Source: Octopus sinensis (lineage: Eukaryota). From it: a stretch of DNA of 64,000 nucleotides. The stretch covers positions 128,464,001 to 128,528,000 of the forward strand of contig NC_043000.1 of NCBI RefSeq assembly GCF_006345805.1, given 5' to 3'. The position numbers and the translations under genes were made by a program. A model generated the notes under the pieces. The model had not been told where the DNA came from. It did not search any database and saw nothing but the letters and a program-made list of their open reading frames with translations. Positions 48,201-62,699 of this stretch are shown piece by piece. Numbering within the stretch: position 1 is the first letter of the stretch; the number at the start of each line of letters is the position of its first letter.

Positions 48201-49833
48201 TAAACGAATATTATTAATATTAAGATAGATATGAAATCATTATTTGTATCTCTCGAAGTTTCTAAAATTCTTATGAGGCAAACAACACACAATTCTTGCT
48301 GATAAGAACAAAGTTTCTAAAAAAACAGATGGGGAGAGTTCGTAGTGTTGTCTAGGTATGAAACCACATCTGCCATGTTCACTTAAGATGTAGTTTCGAG
48401 TCCCACGGGCAGACGTCGACTTTTTTCCCACCCTAGGCGTTTTTTAAATCTAATATATTCGACAGGCTATTATTTATAGATTTATATAATTAGAGTTCCC
48501 CCGTTAATATATATATATATATATGTATAGATATATGCGTACACGCAAGCGAGAGAGAATGAGAGAGAGAGAGAGAGAGAGAAAATAACGAACTAAACTT
48601 GGTTAAGAGTTACAGGAGGTGAGAAAGATTCAGTGCCAGAAAACTGCATTAAGTCACATTTTCTAGCCTTATGGTAGACGACTCTATTCACAAAAGTAAG
48701 GAATATATATATATAAACTTTTGTAACTACTTTCTTCACCCACCTACGCATACCTCCACAGTCACGTTATATATAAACAGACGCACATAATCGGTTGTAA
48801 GTGCGTGTGGCAAATATGTGTGTGTGTGTGAGAGAGAGAGAGGGGGGGAGAGAGAAAGAGAGAGGGAGAGAGAGAGATTTGGTTGTAAAGAGTAAGTCGT
48901 TCTGAATACACATTTCCTGTATAAGGGAAGAAGAAAGCAGAAGACGAGAGGTAGGATTCGAGAATGAGGGCGCAAGGGAAGGAAATATGTTGAAAAAAAA
49001 AAAAGAAAAAAGTAAAAATAGATAAATAAATATAAATGTCGGTTTGCTGAGAGGAAAGTACGAACAGACACGATTGGTATGGCTAAAGAGAACAAGTACG
49101 TATGAGAAAGAAAACGCGCGCACGCGTGTATGCACGCATGACTGGCCTGGGTTATTGGGATCGCCTCAAAACGTCAAACTTTATTCTCTCCAACGCCACT
49201 GTGAGCGCTACATAATTTGGACAATGAGGGAAATATTCCATCAACGTTGTCCAAACCATGCCAGTAAGAAGTCCGTCCGTAAGTCACCCAAGGTTGTGCC
49301 AAACGCCATTCCCCTAAAAAAATCAAGTTCCTATCACATAATGTTGCGTCACAACATTTTTTTAAACTGCACTAGTCCTTTGTCTTCTACTACGTTACCT
49401 CGAAAGGAATCAAAGGGGAAAAAAAGAAGCTATAATGTTCAAATCCCTCCAAGAAACACCAGACAAACTACTGACACGGATACATTTAGGCAAACAACTC
49501 CCTACGCGAGTAGGCTAGGATAGTTCCTTGACATGACTTAGACGACTACTTCCAGTTGGTATTTAGACATTGCCTGGAGAGAGAGAGAGTGTGTGTGTGT
49601 GTGTAAGTAAGGGCAGAGGTAGAAGAAAGGAGGCAAGGAAGGAACGGAGAGAGCGGTTGTAGTTGAGAAAACAGCGGAATCGGTGTCGATGATGAAAGCG
49701 AGTGGAAGATGTGAGTGGAGAATGGAGTAGAGAAAGTTTTTAGCATAGGAACCATTCAGCACCAACTAGACTGACTAGATAAGGAAGAAACAATTACACA
49801 CACTCTCTCTCTCTCTCTCCCCCATATACATAT

Positions 49834-49889
<56 letters not shown>

Positions 49890-49925
49890 ATATATATAGT
49901 GTGTGTATATATATATATATATATA

Positions 49926-49972
<47 letters not shown>

Positions 49973-52900
49973 TACATCTGAGTACACAAGTGTGTTGGTG
50001 GGGTGGGATGGGGATAAATGGCATCCCGTCGATATCGAGAAAAAATAATTCAATTCTTTGAGCAACTTTCCTACTCATTGTGACCCGTTTACCCTTAGGG
50101 TGGGTATTCAGTAAACATATCATCTATTCTATTTCATTTTGGTAGACATAATCCCTTTTACTCTTAGACATGACACTTGTCCAAGATGCCAGCCACAAAG
50201 TGGGATCCACCCTGGGACTTCATAACTGTGTATATAACATGTAGACAAGCTTAGGTAGATGGATGGATAACTTACTTTAATCTGTTTAGCAACAAAATGG
50301 TTGGCATGGCTGGAGAGAAATATAGCTTGACAGATAGACAAATAGTCAGACATAGCTAAATAGATAAGATAAATAGACAGACTGACAGAGAAGTACACAT
50401 AAACAACTCTTAGCTGTATAGATAGCTAGCTAAGCCATTCATCTATTAGTATCTTAGGCTGGCATGTATACGCACATACATTGATGTTAAAATACCGCAC
50501 ATAGACGTATAATACACATCTGTGTGTGCTTAAGCACATACATTTACACGCATATTCTCTCTCTCTCTCTCTACATACACACACATATATATATATGTAC
50601 ACACGAAGTATAATTTATTTATCTGGTTGGTTTGTGGGATTGTTGGTTTGACTTGATTCCAACAAGCACCCAGTGAAAAGTCGAAAAACTTTTATGACAT
50701 TACAAGAACTAATTCTTACCACCACTACTACCGCCGCCATGCTGCCTTTTACCACCCACTCGTTCAATCTACGAGCCAATGAGGAAACGTCTACGCGGTT
50801 ACCCGACTCGCTAGAAATAGCAGTCAAAATTCCCTCAGATTATACACATCATTGCTAAAATAAACCCAGACACATTAGGTAATACTAAAAAGATGGGATG
50901 GTCACAGCTGTAACGTCTTTTCGAATTAGGGGGAGCAGGCCAGATCTGGATCTAAACAACAAAAACTCGTTTAGTATTTACCCCTCCTCATGTTTTCTTT
51001 GTCTTTCTATCGTTCACTGTGTGTCTGTCTGTCTGTCTCTCGTTCTCCTTCAGCTCTTTCAACCCCCATTTCTAGTTTCCAGCTTCAAAACGACCCACAA
51101 CAACAATTTTTTTTTACACATTCATTCTCAGCCTGTTTGCGTGTATGTCTGTGTGCGTGTGTGATTGTGTGTGTATGTGTACATATGTAAACCGAAAAAT
51201 ATCTGGAAAGCTGATAACATCCGTTTTAGCGAGATAACTTCAGGTCTTAGTGCACTTCCTTCAAGAGATGGTTGGAGGGTGAAAATATGTTCAAAAATCT
51301 TTATTTTTGTTATACTCTATCTCTTTCTCTCCTTCTTACATGTATACACATTTATGTATATGTATGTATGTATGTGCGCGCGCACACACACACGAAGAGC
51401 GAACCTACATTGGCGTGTGAGTATAAAAAAAAGCACTTGAAATCTTGCATGTTAAATATAAGATTATTCAAAACCTGCCATGTGTGTGTGTGTGTGTGTA
51501 TGTGCGCGCACACGCACATCTATTTCTTCGTTACTACTTTAAGTTACTTGCTATAAGCAAAAGTTTAAAATATTTTCATGTTATTTAATTTCCAACACCC
51601 ACATCACACACAAGATAGACGCAGAAAGAGCTTTTGCTATGCACTGCTTTAGCAAGATATAACAGTCAAGTCTCCCTCAAATTATGTCGGAACTGTCTCA
51701 AAAAAAGGTCCTTAACTCCACTACCCCACCTAAATATTGGGTCAGGTTATGGGTGGAACGCCCTTTAATCTGCTTCCTTGAGGGTTAATATACTCCACCA
51801 ACCAAAATACACACATAGCAAACTCAATGTATGCACATTCTTAACTCTCTCACGCTAGTGAGTATTCATCCAAGACCCATATATAACACATCTTTATTTG
51901 TGGTTGTAGAAGCTGCTTGAAATAGCAACCAAATTTCCCTCAAATCACAACCTTCCCGTTTTAAACGAAGGCAAACTGGATAATGTAGTGTGATAGATAC
52001 CACTAAAAAGACGATGACTGGACCAGTCAAAAATGACCGGGGGTTATAAAGGAACAGTTTTCCAAGGACTTTTATTTCGATTTTTATGAATGGAGACAAA
52101 ATTCAATATAATACTTGTCTCAAGTGTGTGTACGTGTGTCCCTCCTCAAAGAAATATAAACTTCTTTGCTCAGTTACTTTTACACACACACACACACACT
52201 CTCTCTCTCTCTCTATATATATATATATTATATATATAACCGTCTACATACACTAGACATACATACGCTCCACTTCTAACACGCACGCGCGCATTCATAC
52301 TCACACTATGCAACATGCGCAGTTTTCAATGGCTTTAGTTTTGGCATACCTTCATAAAAGAACAGCAAGCAATAAACACAGTATAAATGAGTGGGTGGAT
52401 TGATGGCTATAATAGATATTGACAGCCGAAGAAAAAAGACAGAGGAGGAGGCAAATAGACAAATACATAGTTTCAGATAAAGACAGACAAGCAAACAAAC
52501 AAATATTGCTACACAATAAAAGAATTATCTATCTATCTATTTTTAAATATCAGCATTATTGTTTGTAGTCATGGTAATTTATGATCAATTTAGTTAAACT
52601 CTTTCTACGATGTATATATATATGTGTGTGGTTTATTATATATGACAACTTCGTGAATTGCCCCATTAAAAAATAGATTGTGTATTGCGTTGAGTGAATG
52701 CATGCTAGTGTGTTGTAAAATGACTAGGCTACTTGTTGCTGTATTTTAACTCCGAGTCATCCTTGTTCGACCAAGGCTTACCACTCCATCACATCTTTTC
52801 TTATGTACTTAGTATTGCATTTGCAAATGATGTATCATTTTTTTAAAGACAATATGGTAGTATGAAATGCGGATGAATTGGTTTCTTTCTCTAGCTGATT

Positions 52901-54566
52901 GGGCGACCGCATAGAAGTTCCTACAATAAGCTTGTATTTTTTTTTTTTTCGTTTTGTTTTTGAAAAATCTATGAAAATAGATTTGCCATGACATTCATCT
53001 TTAGTGTTAATGGCAGTAGTAGTAGTAGTAGCAGCAACAGGAACAGTGGTATGTGCAACAATTTATAAAAAAAAAAGAAAACTCAGTGCATATGTGTCGT
53101 TAAAAAATGATGAAAGTGGTAAAAGTTTTAAGTGAGTGAGAGAGAGAGAGGGGGAGAGAGGAAAGGGAGTTTATGGTAAGTTAGATAGGATGATGAGGTG
53201 AATGGGGGGAGAGGTAGGGCTGAACGATAGATGTTATGAATAGAAAGACAGGAAATGAGGTGAGCCAGAGAGGGTGGTGTGGAGGTGGAGGCGAGATAAA
53301 TGACGGGACGTTGAAAACTTTGTTGAGTGAAGAAGATGAAGGGAGGAAAGGGTGAAGGAAGAGATAAATAAACGAGAGAAAGAATGAGGAGAGGGCGGGC
53401 GTGAAGAGTTAAATGAAAATACAAAATACAGAAAGTAAATGAATATAAATACACTGATACATAAACTACATACAAACATGCAAACTGACACACAAACTGA
53501 TATACCTATTTACTAACACACACATCCAAAACTGATGCATAAACATCGACACATACATTAAGATACACACACACTGACACATACGTAATGTTGCATACAA
53601 ATACACATATATAATGATACATACACACTGAGACAGGCATAATGATACGCACAAACTGGGACATACAAATTGATACATAAACTGACACATGAAAATATCA
53701 ATAACAAAGCAATTGGGGGTAATAGGATCAAAAGAACACACACACATACACATATATAAACTATGTGAAAGAAGGAAAGCATAGTTGCAGAAAGAAAGTG
53801 AGAGAGAGAGGGGGAAAGAGTATGTAACTTATGTATAAAGAAATATGAAGGCATGCACCGTCCGCTATAAACATAAATAAGGTGTATGAGAAGTTTTAAA
53901 GATTATTTGTGTTATCCTCTCAATGAGTTGGACAAAATTGTATTTTTGATGTTTTTTCATTTTTTTTTTTAAATTATTTTGTGTTGTATTACCAACTGAC
54001 AATTTCTGAAACAATTTCAGAGATATGAAAGATATAATAATAGTTGTGCTTGTAGGGATGACCATCTGTGTCAAAATAATGGATGATTCAAAGTTATTCT
54101 TCTTAGATGTCTTCAGTCAGCACAAAGTTACCCCAAAAGGTCTGGAGATAACCTTTAAAGAAGAAAAAAAGACCCACATGCAACGAAATTTTCCACAGAA
54201 GACGCCTCAGAAAGGAATGTTGTATGATCGGAGAGTAACCCTCATCAAATACGTTGATGTTATGACCAATCAGTTTTTTTTTTTGCCTTTTCTTTTGCTA
54301 GTAATATATATTCTGTTTTAAAAAGGGTGCATAGTCCAGTGGTTGGACACAATGATCGAGCGTTCGCTTCCTCGACCTGGCAACGTGTCCTGTTATTTCT
54401 CGTTGCTTTAGTCTAGTCAGCTGAAAGTGAGTACCGGCTTTCTGATGGTGTTACATCACCGATATTCCACTGGATCAAGGGTGAGAAGGCTCGAGAATGT
54501 GTCAGTTTCTGTTGGTGATAATACAGATGCCTAAAACAATTGGCGAAAGCGTGATACAAGCATAAA

Positions 54567-55145
54567 TGTCATATTCGCTTGCGAGTGACAGCTAATGAAT
54601 TCAAGATAGTGAGCTATCTCATTCTCTCGGTCCCTTATTCTGTACCTCGTGCCTCATTCTATCAAAATAATAATAATAATAATAATTGAGCACGTCCCAT
54701 TCCCGTTCTGTCAACGTCTCACACAATCTTCAATCTTCTAGTTCCAGTTTCTGTTTCTTACTCTCTCAATTAACATACACATATTTCAAATTATCATTAT
54801 AGCACCCCAGGCGAAATGCTTAGCGGCATTTCGTCTGTCGCTACGTTCTGTGTTCAAATTCCGCCGAGGTCGACTTTGTCATACTAGCTCGCGAGTGACA
54901 AGCTAATGGATTCAAGACAGTGATCTATCTCTTTCTTTCGGTCTCTTATTCTGTATTTCGTGCCTCATTCTATAAAAAAAGAAATTTTGAGCACGTCCCA
55001 TTCCCGTTCTGTCAGCGTCTCACACAACCTTCAATTTTCTAATTCCAATTTCTGCTTCTTCTTACTCCCTCAACTAACATACACATATTTCAAATTATTA
55101 TCATTACGGCACTCGAGGCGAAATGCTTAGCGGTCTGTCGCTACT
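54567..55145 (+). repeat. Diverged tandem duplication, unit 310 bp
   Basis: Units start TGTCATA at 54567 and 54877 and share TTGAGCACGTCCCATTCCCGTTCTGTC, AACATACACATATTTCAAATTAT and a SINE fragment. Confidence 0.9.
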
Positions 55146-55830
55146 GTAAGTACCAGTTGAACACTGGAGTCAGTTTAATCGACTTAGTTCCTCCCCCAAG
55201 CCTATTGGCCTTGTGCTAAAATTTGAAACCAATAAGGGAGGCAACAAGGTGGCGGGTTGGCAGAATCGTTAGCACGCCGGGCGCTGAGGCCGACTTTGCC
55301 TTTCATCCTTTCAGGGTCGATAAAATAACTACCAGTAGAGCACTGGGGTCAATGTAATCGAGTTACTCCTTCCCCAAAATTGCTGGCCTTGAGCCAAAAT
55401 TTTAAACTGATATTAAGGAAGGCAGCAAACGGCAGAATCGTCAGTGCCTCGAAGAAAATGCTAAGCAGCAATTCTTCTGGCTCTTTACGCCTTGACTTTA
55501 AATTCCACCGAGGTAAACTTTGCCTTTCATAATTTCGGGATTGATAAAATAAAGTACAATTCAAGCATTAGGGTCGATGGTATCGGCTAATCCCCCTCAA
55601 CATTGGTAGTTTTTTCCCCAAATTAGAAACCAATAATATTAGTTTCAAATCTAGGTACAAGACCAGCAATTTTGGGGTAGAGGTACTTATTTTATCGATC
55701 CCGAAAAGATGAAAGGCAAAGTCGACATTGGCGGCATTTGAACTGAGGACGTAAAGACATACGAAATGCTGCAAAATATTTCACTCGGTGTGCTAAACGA
55801 TTCTACCAGCTCGCCGCTTTCAATAATATT
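55090..55830. mobile_element. Cluster of Nin-type SINE copies (several +, last one -)
   Basis: Repeated GGCAGAATCG...CTTTGCCTTTCAT...GATAAAATAA...GGCCTTG motifs. Confidence 0.8.
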
Positions 55831-56589
55831 AAGAACAATATATGGCAAAATCGTTAGAGCATCGGAAAAAAGTCTTGTGGTATTTAGTGACGTATCTTTA
55901 TTTTGTGAATTCAAACACCTCCTTTCAGGCTTTTGTGATCCATAAAATAAGTAGTAGTGCCAAATTTCTTTTGTGCTGTGTGTGAACCATTTATCAGTGT
56001 TTGGAACTCGGTCAAATATTAGCTCCCAATACTGCAGCAGCAAGGTGACCATATTCGTCGAAAGGTCTAAGGTCCAATACATCGAGTCGACAAGGTATCC
56101 TCAACGAGGTCACTTACAAGAAACAGAAGTGCCTACTCCTGGAATAAGATGAAATAGTAGTAAGAACAACAACAATATAGATGACTGTTTCTCTTTAGTC
56201 ACGTAAAAATGCACCGATCCACTTCATAATAATGGATTCAAATCCGAGAACATGAAATCTAGAAATTGGTAGACTTCTATGATAGTGGTGTGTTATGAGA
56301 TGTTGAAAGACTGGAGTGACTTGGCTTAGTTGCCTCTGATGAGTTTGCTCGATTCCTGACTGATCTGGAGCTAAATGACAACGGCTGATACTGCTGATTT
56401 GCTAATTTATAGGCATTTAATACTTCATTGTATGTGTGTGTGTCTGTGTGCGTGCGTGTATGTGTGTGTGTGTGTGAGTGAGTGTGTATGTTTCATAAAC
56501 AGTATGTTTGTCAAAACTGTTTGATATGTGCCAATGCATGAAACTCTCGGCCTTTGAGATGCACTGTAATTTCTGCTGGTTAATAATAA

Positions 56590-56825
56590 TAATAATAATA
56601 ATAACCCTTTCTACTATAGGCACAAGGCCTGAAATTTGGGGAAGGGGAATAGTCGATTACATCGACACCAGTACTCAACAGCTTATGGATTCAACATAGT
56701 GACCCTGAAAGGATTAAAAGCAACGTCGATCTCAGCGGCATTTGAACTCAGAATATAAAGACGGATGAAATACTGCTAAGCATTTTGCCCGGCGTAAAGA
56801 ATCTGCCAGTTTACCGCTTTAATAA
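56590..56825 (-). mobile_element. Nin-type SINE with (AAT)n tail
   Basis: CCTTTCTACTATAGGCACAAGGCCTGAAATTTGG...GGCATTTGAACTCAGAA. Confidence 0.85.
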
Positions 56826-57889
56826 TAAGAACACACACACACATACACGGAAGCTACAAAGAGTAAATGTGAGGAATGTTATGCTTACGTTCGGTATGTG
56901 TTCAATATATTTCAACAAATTCTCTAACCTTTTTAAAATAAAAGCCACTCCCTTGCTTGCTGAGCCAAAGAATAATGTTAGCTAACTCATAATAGTTTTC
57001 CTAGTGATTCTGTATAATCCTGATGTGGAAAACGTTATAAGTAATCAAATCCATCTTTTCATGACTTAAATTATATTAAGTCAATGCCTTTGTATAATTA
57101 AATTATCAGTTAATCTTATTTCTTGATACTGCGCGATGTTTATTACTTATTTATTTATAACATCCTATATAGCAAACTTGCTACAGTGGCAACAAACAAA
57201 TATTGAAGGCCAGACTTTTGCTAATGAAACCTAATAAACTGAAAGCGCCCGGAGTGGTCTCCCTTGCCAGCCCGTTCAGTCAAAGAATATTGTTAGCTTT
57301 GATGAGATCTGACCTGGAGGTAAATCACAACAACGAAAACGTGTATAGCATTGTGCATTGAGATGACACAAAAAATTTTACTCAATTGACATTGAGTAAA
57401 AAGATTATTTCTAACACAGATACAAAACCTCTAATTTGGAGGAGCATTAAAGTCGCATAATTCGAACCCCACCAAAGGTAAAGTCAGTCACAGTAGGATT
57501 TGAACTCTGATGCGAATAGTCATAACTAAACATTTGTTTGACACTTTACCATCATTTCTGCCCAATCTATCCATCCTGACCGAAAGTAACTTATTATCAA
57601 CGAGTATAACCATTACAGCAGCAGAGCTCCAGGTAAATTGCACTGCAGTAATTACTCCGCTCTTTGAAACCCGAGTTCAATTTGGGGTTTCATTCTTCCG
57701 AGGTCGATAAATAAAGCACCAGTCTAGCATTAGAATCGGCTTCTCTCTTTTTCTCTCTCAGGCTATGCTTCCTTGTAAGAAGGTCGTGAAGGACCACTCA
57801 CACAGTGCCCTTTGGTTCCAAAAATGAAGGCTGAGAGAAGCAATTAGTAACCTCTTCTTATTGAGCATGCTACAAAAAAAAAACCTGAG

Positions 57890-58359
57890 AACATGGCGGA
57901 CGTTGAGGGGCGGAATTCACACGCACACACACACACGTACGCCCCACCCCACTTAAAAAAAGATGTTTTAAATGTGAATACCTGCTGGGACTCGTACTTC
58001 TATCTGTTGATACATAAATATAAAATTAACTTGAACTCAACAAAATCCAATTCACATACACACACACACACATCTTTACATTTGCGTTTGACAAGATCGT
58101 ATTAATAGACTAGCACATGCGCAGTGTGTGTGTGAGTGTATCGTTTTTGTTTTCTATTTTGACCCGATTACCAGAGAAAAAAAATTAATTGTGAAACCTC
58201 TTCGATGTTATTTGAGACGGTGACACACACCTCTTTTTTCACGTCATATTAAGTAGCCCAAACGTAGTTTTCTTATGATCTCACAAAGTCACCCGTTGAA
58301 TAATATATATTTATTGATGCTTTCTTGTCGTCGTCGTTACCTCTAATTACTCTACTGTG

Positions 58360-58416
<57 letters not shown>

Positions 58417-58604
58417 TAAATACTTCGATTTCTTCAGGTGACAAACATCACGACTGTGACGTTCTAGTTGTAAGTTGACACCGACTTCCTGTGACCGACT
58501 TCATGGAAGGTTCAACTCAAGAAGCAGAGAAAAATGAGTGGTGGGTTACATACATACTGCTAAAACATTCGCCACTTTTATTTAAAATTACACTCCGCCA
58601 TCTT
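57890..58604. promoter_or_regulatory. Possible promoter region (YY1-like, GC-box and ETS motifs)
   Basis: AACATGGCGG 57890-99, GGGGCGGA 57907-14, ACTTCCTG 58484-91, CCGCCATCTT (AAGATGGCGG on -) 58595-604. Motif matches only. Confidence 0.25.
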
Positions 58605-61600
58605 AAATAGAGGGAAGGCCCATTTATACAGCAAGAAGACGATGTGGTTGCGGCTGAATTCTCTTTCATTAAAAGGTCAGCTTGATCAAGGTTGATGTGA
58701 AATTAGAAAACAATAAAAACTACGACAATATGATACATGATTGCTTTTCCCTGACTGCGTAACAATAAATGCTCTTATTACACGATGTATTGCAGCGATC
58801 CAGAACACAAAACAAACTGCATTAGATGAAGAACTTAGTCGACAAGTGAGGTCCTCAGTAATGAATGTGTCATGAGATGATAGAAAAATTGAAGTTTCGA
58901 GCGAATTTCTTCGTCGGGGAAAAAGCAAACCTTGGACTGACAAAGCATTCGCCATCATCCAAAAGTTTTCTACTGTGGAATGTGTGCAACAGACTGATCT
59001 AAACTACTCCGAGTACCACCACCACCACTACCACGTCACAACAACAGGAACCAGATCTTGATCCAGCATGTAGTGTCTCTTAAATTAGAATATATTTATT
59101 GCTCAACATAGAATCCGCATGTGTGCGAACTAGGGAAATGAAAAAAAAATCTAACTAGGGCAACGGCCAACCAGCCAGCCAGCCAGCCAACCTAGCACCT
59201 GAACTAACATCATTAATGCTTCGTACCGAAACTTTTTCTACCACACCCCTTATTGCTCGCGATCTTTCTCAGTAATCACTCCCCGTATCACATTACTGGA
59301 AACGCTCTCGGTCAATTGCCAAGTTTATGGTTATACACACACATTTAACGAAACAGCAAAGAGTAAATATGAATCTATAGAATAAATATTCTTGTTCTGA
59401 CGACTAAAAAAACACCTTGTCTGTAAGTAACCATACATATATACACCTTCCAGCATTTCTGGTTATTGGTAGAAATGTTTGTTGGAAATTATTTCATCGA
59501 ATTATATAAAAAAAAAATGTAACTAGTATTTTAGTTATTTCCATGCCTTTTTCTTAATTGGTTTAAAAGGTTTTGACAACTTCCAGTCGGAAAGTTGTCT
59601 CCACATATCGACAAACTACCGCTCCCTTCTCTCCTGTCCTTATCCAACAGTTAAAATGTCTTGTAAGGAATTAACTTGACGTTGTTGCCAAGAATGTGGA
59701 TCAAACAAATCCAAAGACGAAGTCTTCGGCAACACAATAACGGTATTAAAAAAGTATAATAACGCTCTGAACACCCAGTGAACAACAAAACAAGTCTTTG
59801 GACAATCAATCACTCACCATTTGTTCTGTTTTGTCTGCACACTTTTCTGTTGGTGGATGAGGAAAGGGTAGTGATAACCTATCTTAATGTTAATAGTAAA
59901 AAAATAAAAATACAAGGAGTAAAATCCCCAAAATTCGAAGATTCACATTTTTTACCGCGATGGAGTGGGATTATAGTGTTGTGGCACGTATACCTTTCCC
60001 GAAAATCATTAATGGACTGAGGTGGCTTGATGAATAGACATATAACAAAAGTAATAGCAACATCAACGAGTTAACACGGTAGCGAGCCTCTGGAAATGAT
60101 AGAGATAAGAGCTGAATTTCTTACAACCACAGCCCACTATTTTGAACAGGTTTAACACATTGGCCCAAGGTACACGGTCTCAGCATTGAAAAAAAAAAAG
60201 AAAAAAAAAGGCACGATGTCGTAGCTGGAGTTTCTTTTGATCATTCGACTGAACTAGAGTTAAAGAACAAAAGCAACAACTACAACAACAAAAGCAAACA
60301 ATAAGCAGTCAAGCTATTCGTTCGTGTCGACTGAATAGGCAGAGCAAATATAATAATAAGAATAATAATACATAAAAGGACCCTAAAAGAATAAGGAGCC
60401 AAGTGTAAGAGGAAGGGAGCAGAAACAGTTTGAAAGAAAAGAATAGCCATATCGACTTACATTTCTCAAACATCACAATCATATATTAACACATACGAAG
60501 CAAATACACATACGCGCACGCAGTTAGTTTTCTTAAGTAGGACAAGACGCATAAACACCAAACCAAAATAAAGGCCTCAACGCTACGAATGCCATAATGA
60601 ACTCTGTTGAAGAGCGAAACAAACTACACTTGTAAAAATTATTACACATACTCAGTTGCACATATGATGTATTCCATTCTACTGAGCTGTTTTCGCTTCA
60701 CTGTTGGCTGAAGCCTCGACGTTTTCATGTTGGCTAAACAGTCTCCGTTGGCCAATTGCGGATTGGGTGGTATGCTACAATGGTCGAGTGATTAATTCAC
60801 CCGGCCACACTCCAAATCGCCTGCAGATCAATAACGAGTAGCTCGGAGAAACGATTTGTCAAGTTTCAGCTTTTAATTTTATATATATATATAAAATGTT
60901 GAGTGTATAGGGATAGAATTCTTCTGAGGGGTAACTCCACGAATATTATCAGACGGAGACAGGTTCATCATCAATATTTTTTTTCCTTTTTAATTTTACA
61001 GTTGGTCGTACAATATAATTATTTGGTTACAATGACTGACATGTGTTTCTGTTGCACAAAGTATGTGCAGTTGCACATGCAGCCCAGCATAATCTTCAGT
61101 GCACCTACATTCAGGGACCTTCAGCAAGAGGGGTTCGAAGCGAATTGAGCTAATTTATTTACATGTGGCTAGTTTAAGATACCAAGTGAAGCGATGGGGG
61201 ATATGTTGAAATCTGGTATGGCTGTAAAATTTATATCTAGGGTGACCTCTACATAACACCAGTACAGAGCAGGACTATATAGATAATAGTGGTGAAAGAT
61301 CTCCGTCGTTCAGCGATGAGGATTCACTTGTTCGATCAACTGAATAAGCTGCTCCTGAATTAACCCGTTAGTAGCTGTGTATTCTAGGTACTGTGTGCAA
61401 CAAGATTGTTCTTTTTGAATTACTGGCACAATCTACCTAACGGGCTTCTATGCTGTTTCTGTCTACCTAATTTTACTCACAAAGTGTCGACCAGAGAGGC
61501 TATATAAATTTACATTTAGCCAAAATGCTACAGTAGGATCGAACCTGAACATTGTGCTTGCGAAGCGAACTTCGTAGCTATTCGACTCAAAAGCACCTAC

Positions 61601-61649
61601 ATAAACACATGCACGCATACGCGTGCGCGGGTATGTGCGTATGTGTGTG

Positions 61650-61651
<2 letters not shown>

Positions 61652-61708
<57 letters not shown>

Positions 61709-61720
61709 AAGAGAGATAGA
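61652..61720. repeat. (GA)n microsatellite
   Basis: Seen directly; many other (CA)n, (TA)n, (GA)n and (GATA)n tracts occur throughout. Confidence 0.95.
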
Positions 61721-62432
61721 GAAAGGAGAGTGAAGATATATGCAATCACCGAAATGATGAGGTCCTTACATTGTTGCCCAACCTGCTCTGAATAGCAACA
61801 GAAACTCCCTCAAATCATAACTAGTCTAAAAATAGGGGATTCAAAGAATAATCTAGGTATCTAAGTAATCTAAGTATATCTAAAAGGACGATGCGATCAC
61901 AGCTGAAATACCTTTTATCGATCCACTACGAGTCGCCTTTTATCACGGGTTTGCTCGGGGTTAAACAACAACAACAACCCTGAGACGTCGAGTATTCTGT
62001 GTTCGTCACAGAATGCGTATTATATACACATTCTCGCCTCATTTATGACCGGATGTGTGCCTGTGTATGGGTATGTATAAGTATATAGGGTGAAGCCACT
62101 CATACGTACTAAGATACACAATGTGTATGTGTGTGTTTGTGCGATGATCTAGTACAGACAAACTAAAACGGTTCTCACCTTACGTTAACAACACCTACAA
62201 GCAAACATATTGAAAGAAAATATTTTCAATACGTGTGTGTATGTGTGTAATATTGTTAATAAACGTGAGACAAATGCAATGTACTCAATACATTTAGCAC
62301 AATTTCTACATGTATGAAAATCCAAGATATGGCACTGTTGCTATATTACTCGCGTCAATCGCCTTCCAATCACGCCAACTCATGACTATCTGCTAACACG
62401 AAATTCTGAGAAACATTAGCGAGATATCTCAG

Positions 62433-62493
<61 letters not shown>

Positions 62494-62661
62494 AGAGAAA
62501 AATGACAGCGTGTAAATTTTATATACTGTACATAAACACACTGCACAAACATTCAAAATAGTCACACATGATCTGAAACATACATACACGTACGTACGCA
62601 CGCATGCACCTATGTATGTATGTATGTATGTATACATGCAAAGAAATTCGAAAAAAGTCAT

Positions 62662-62699
<38 letters not shown>

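Noticed and set aside
49044-49523. 159-aa plus-strand ORF
   Set aside because: Starts at a non-ATG codon, has a basic, random-like composition and no motif.
54025-54321. 98-aa ORF with hydrophobic N- and C-termini
   Set aside because: The C-terminal hydrophobicity comes from a poly-T run and there is no other support.
55743-55770. CTGAGGA...GAAAT hammerhead-like spacing
   Set aside because: Part of a SINE head; stem II cannot close and there is no helix III or cleavage triplet.
56336-56360. CTGATGAGTTTGCTCGATT hammerhead-like start
   Set aside because: GATT instead of GAAA, and no helix I or III.
60604-60620. CTGTTGAAGAGCGAAAC resembling the 27.3 kb motif
   Set aside because: No stem II, no GTH triplet and no helix I partner.
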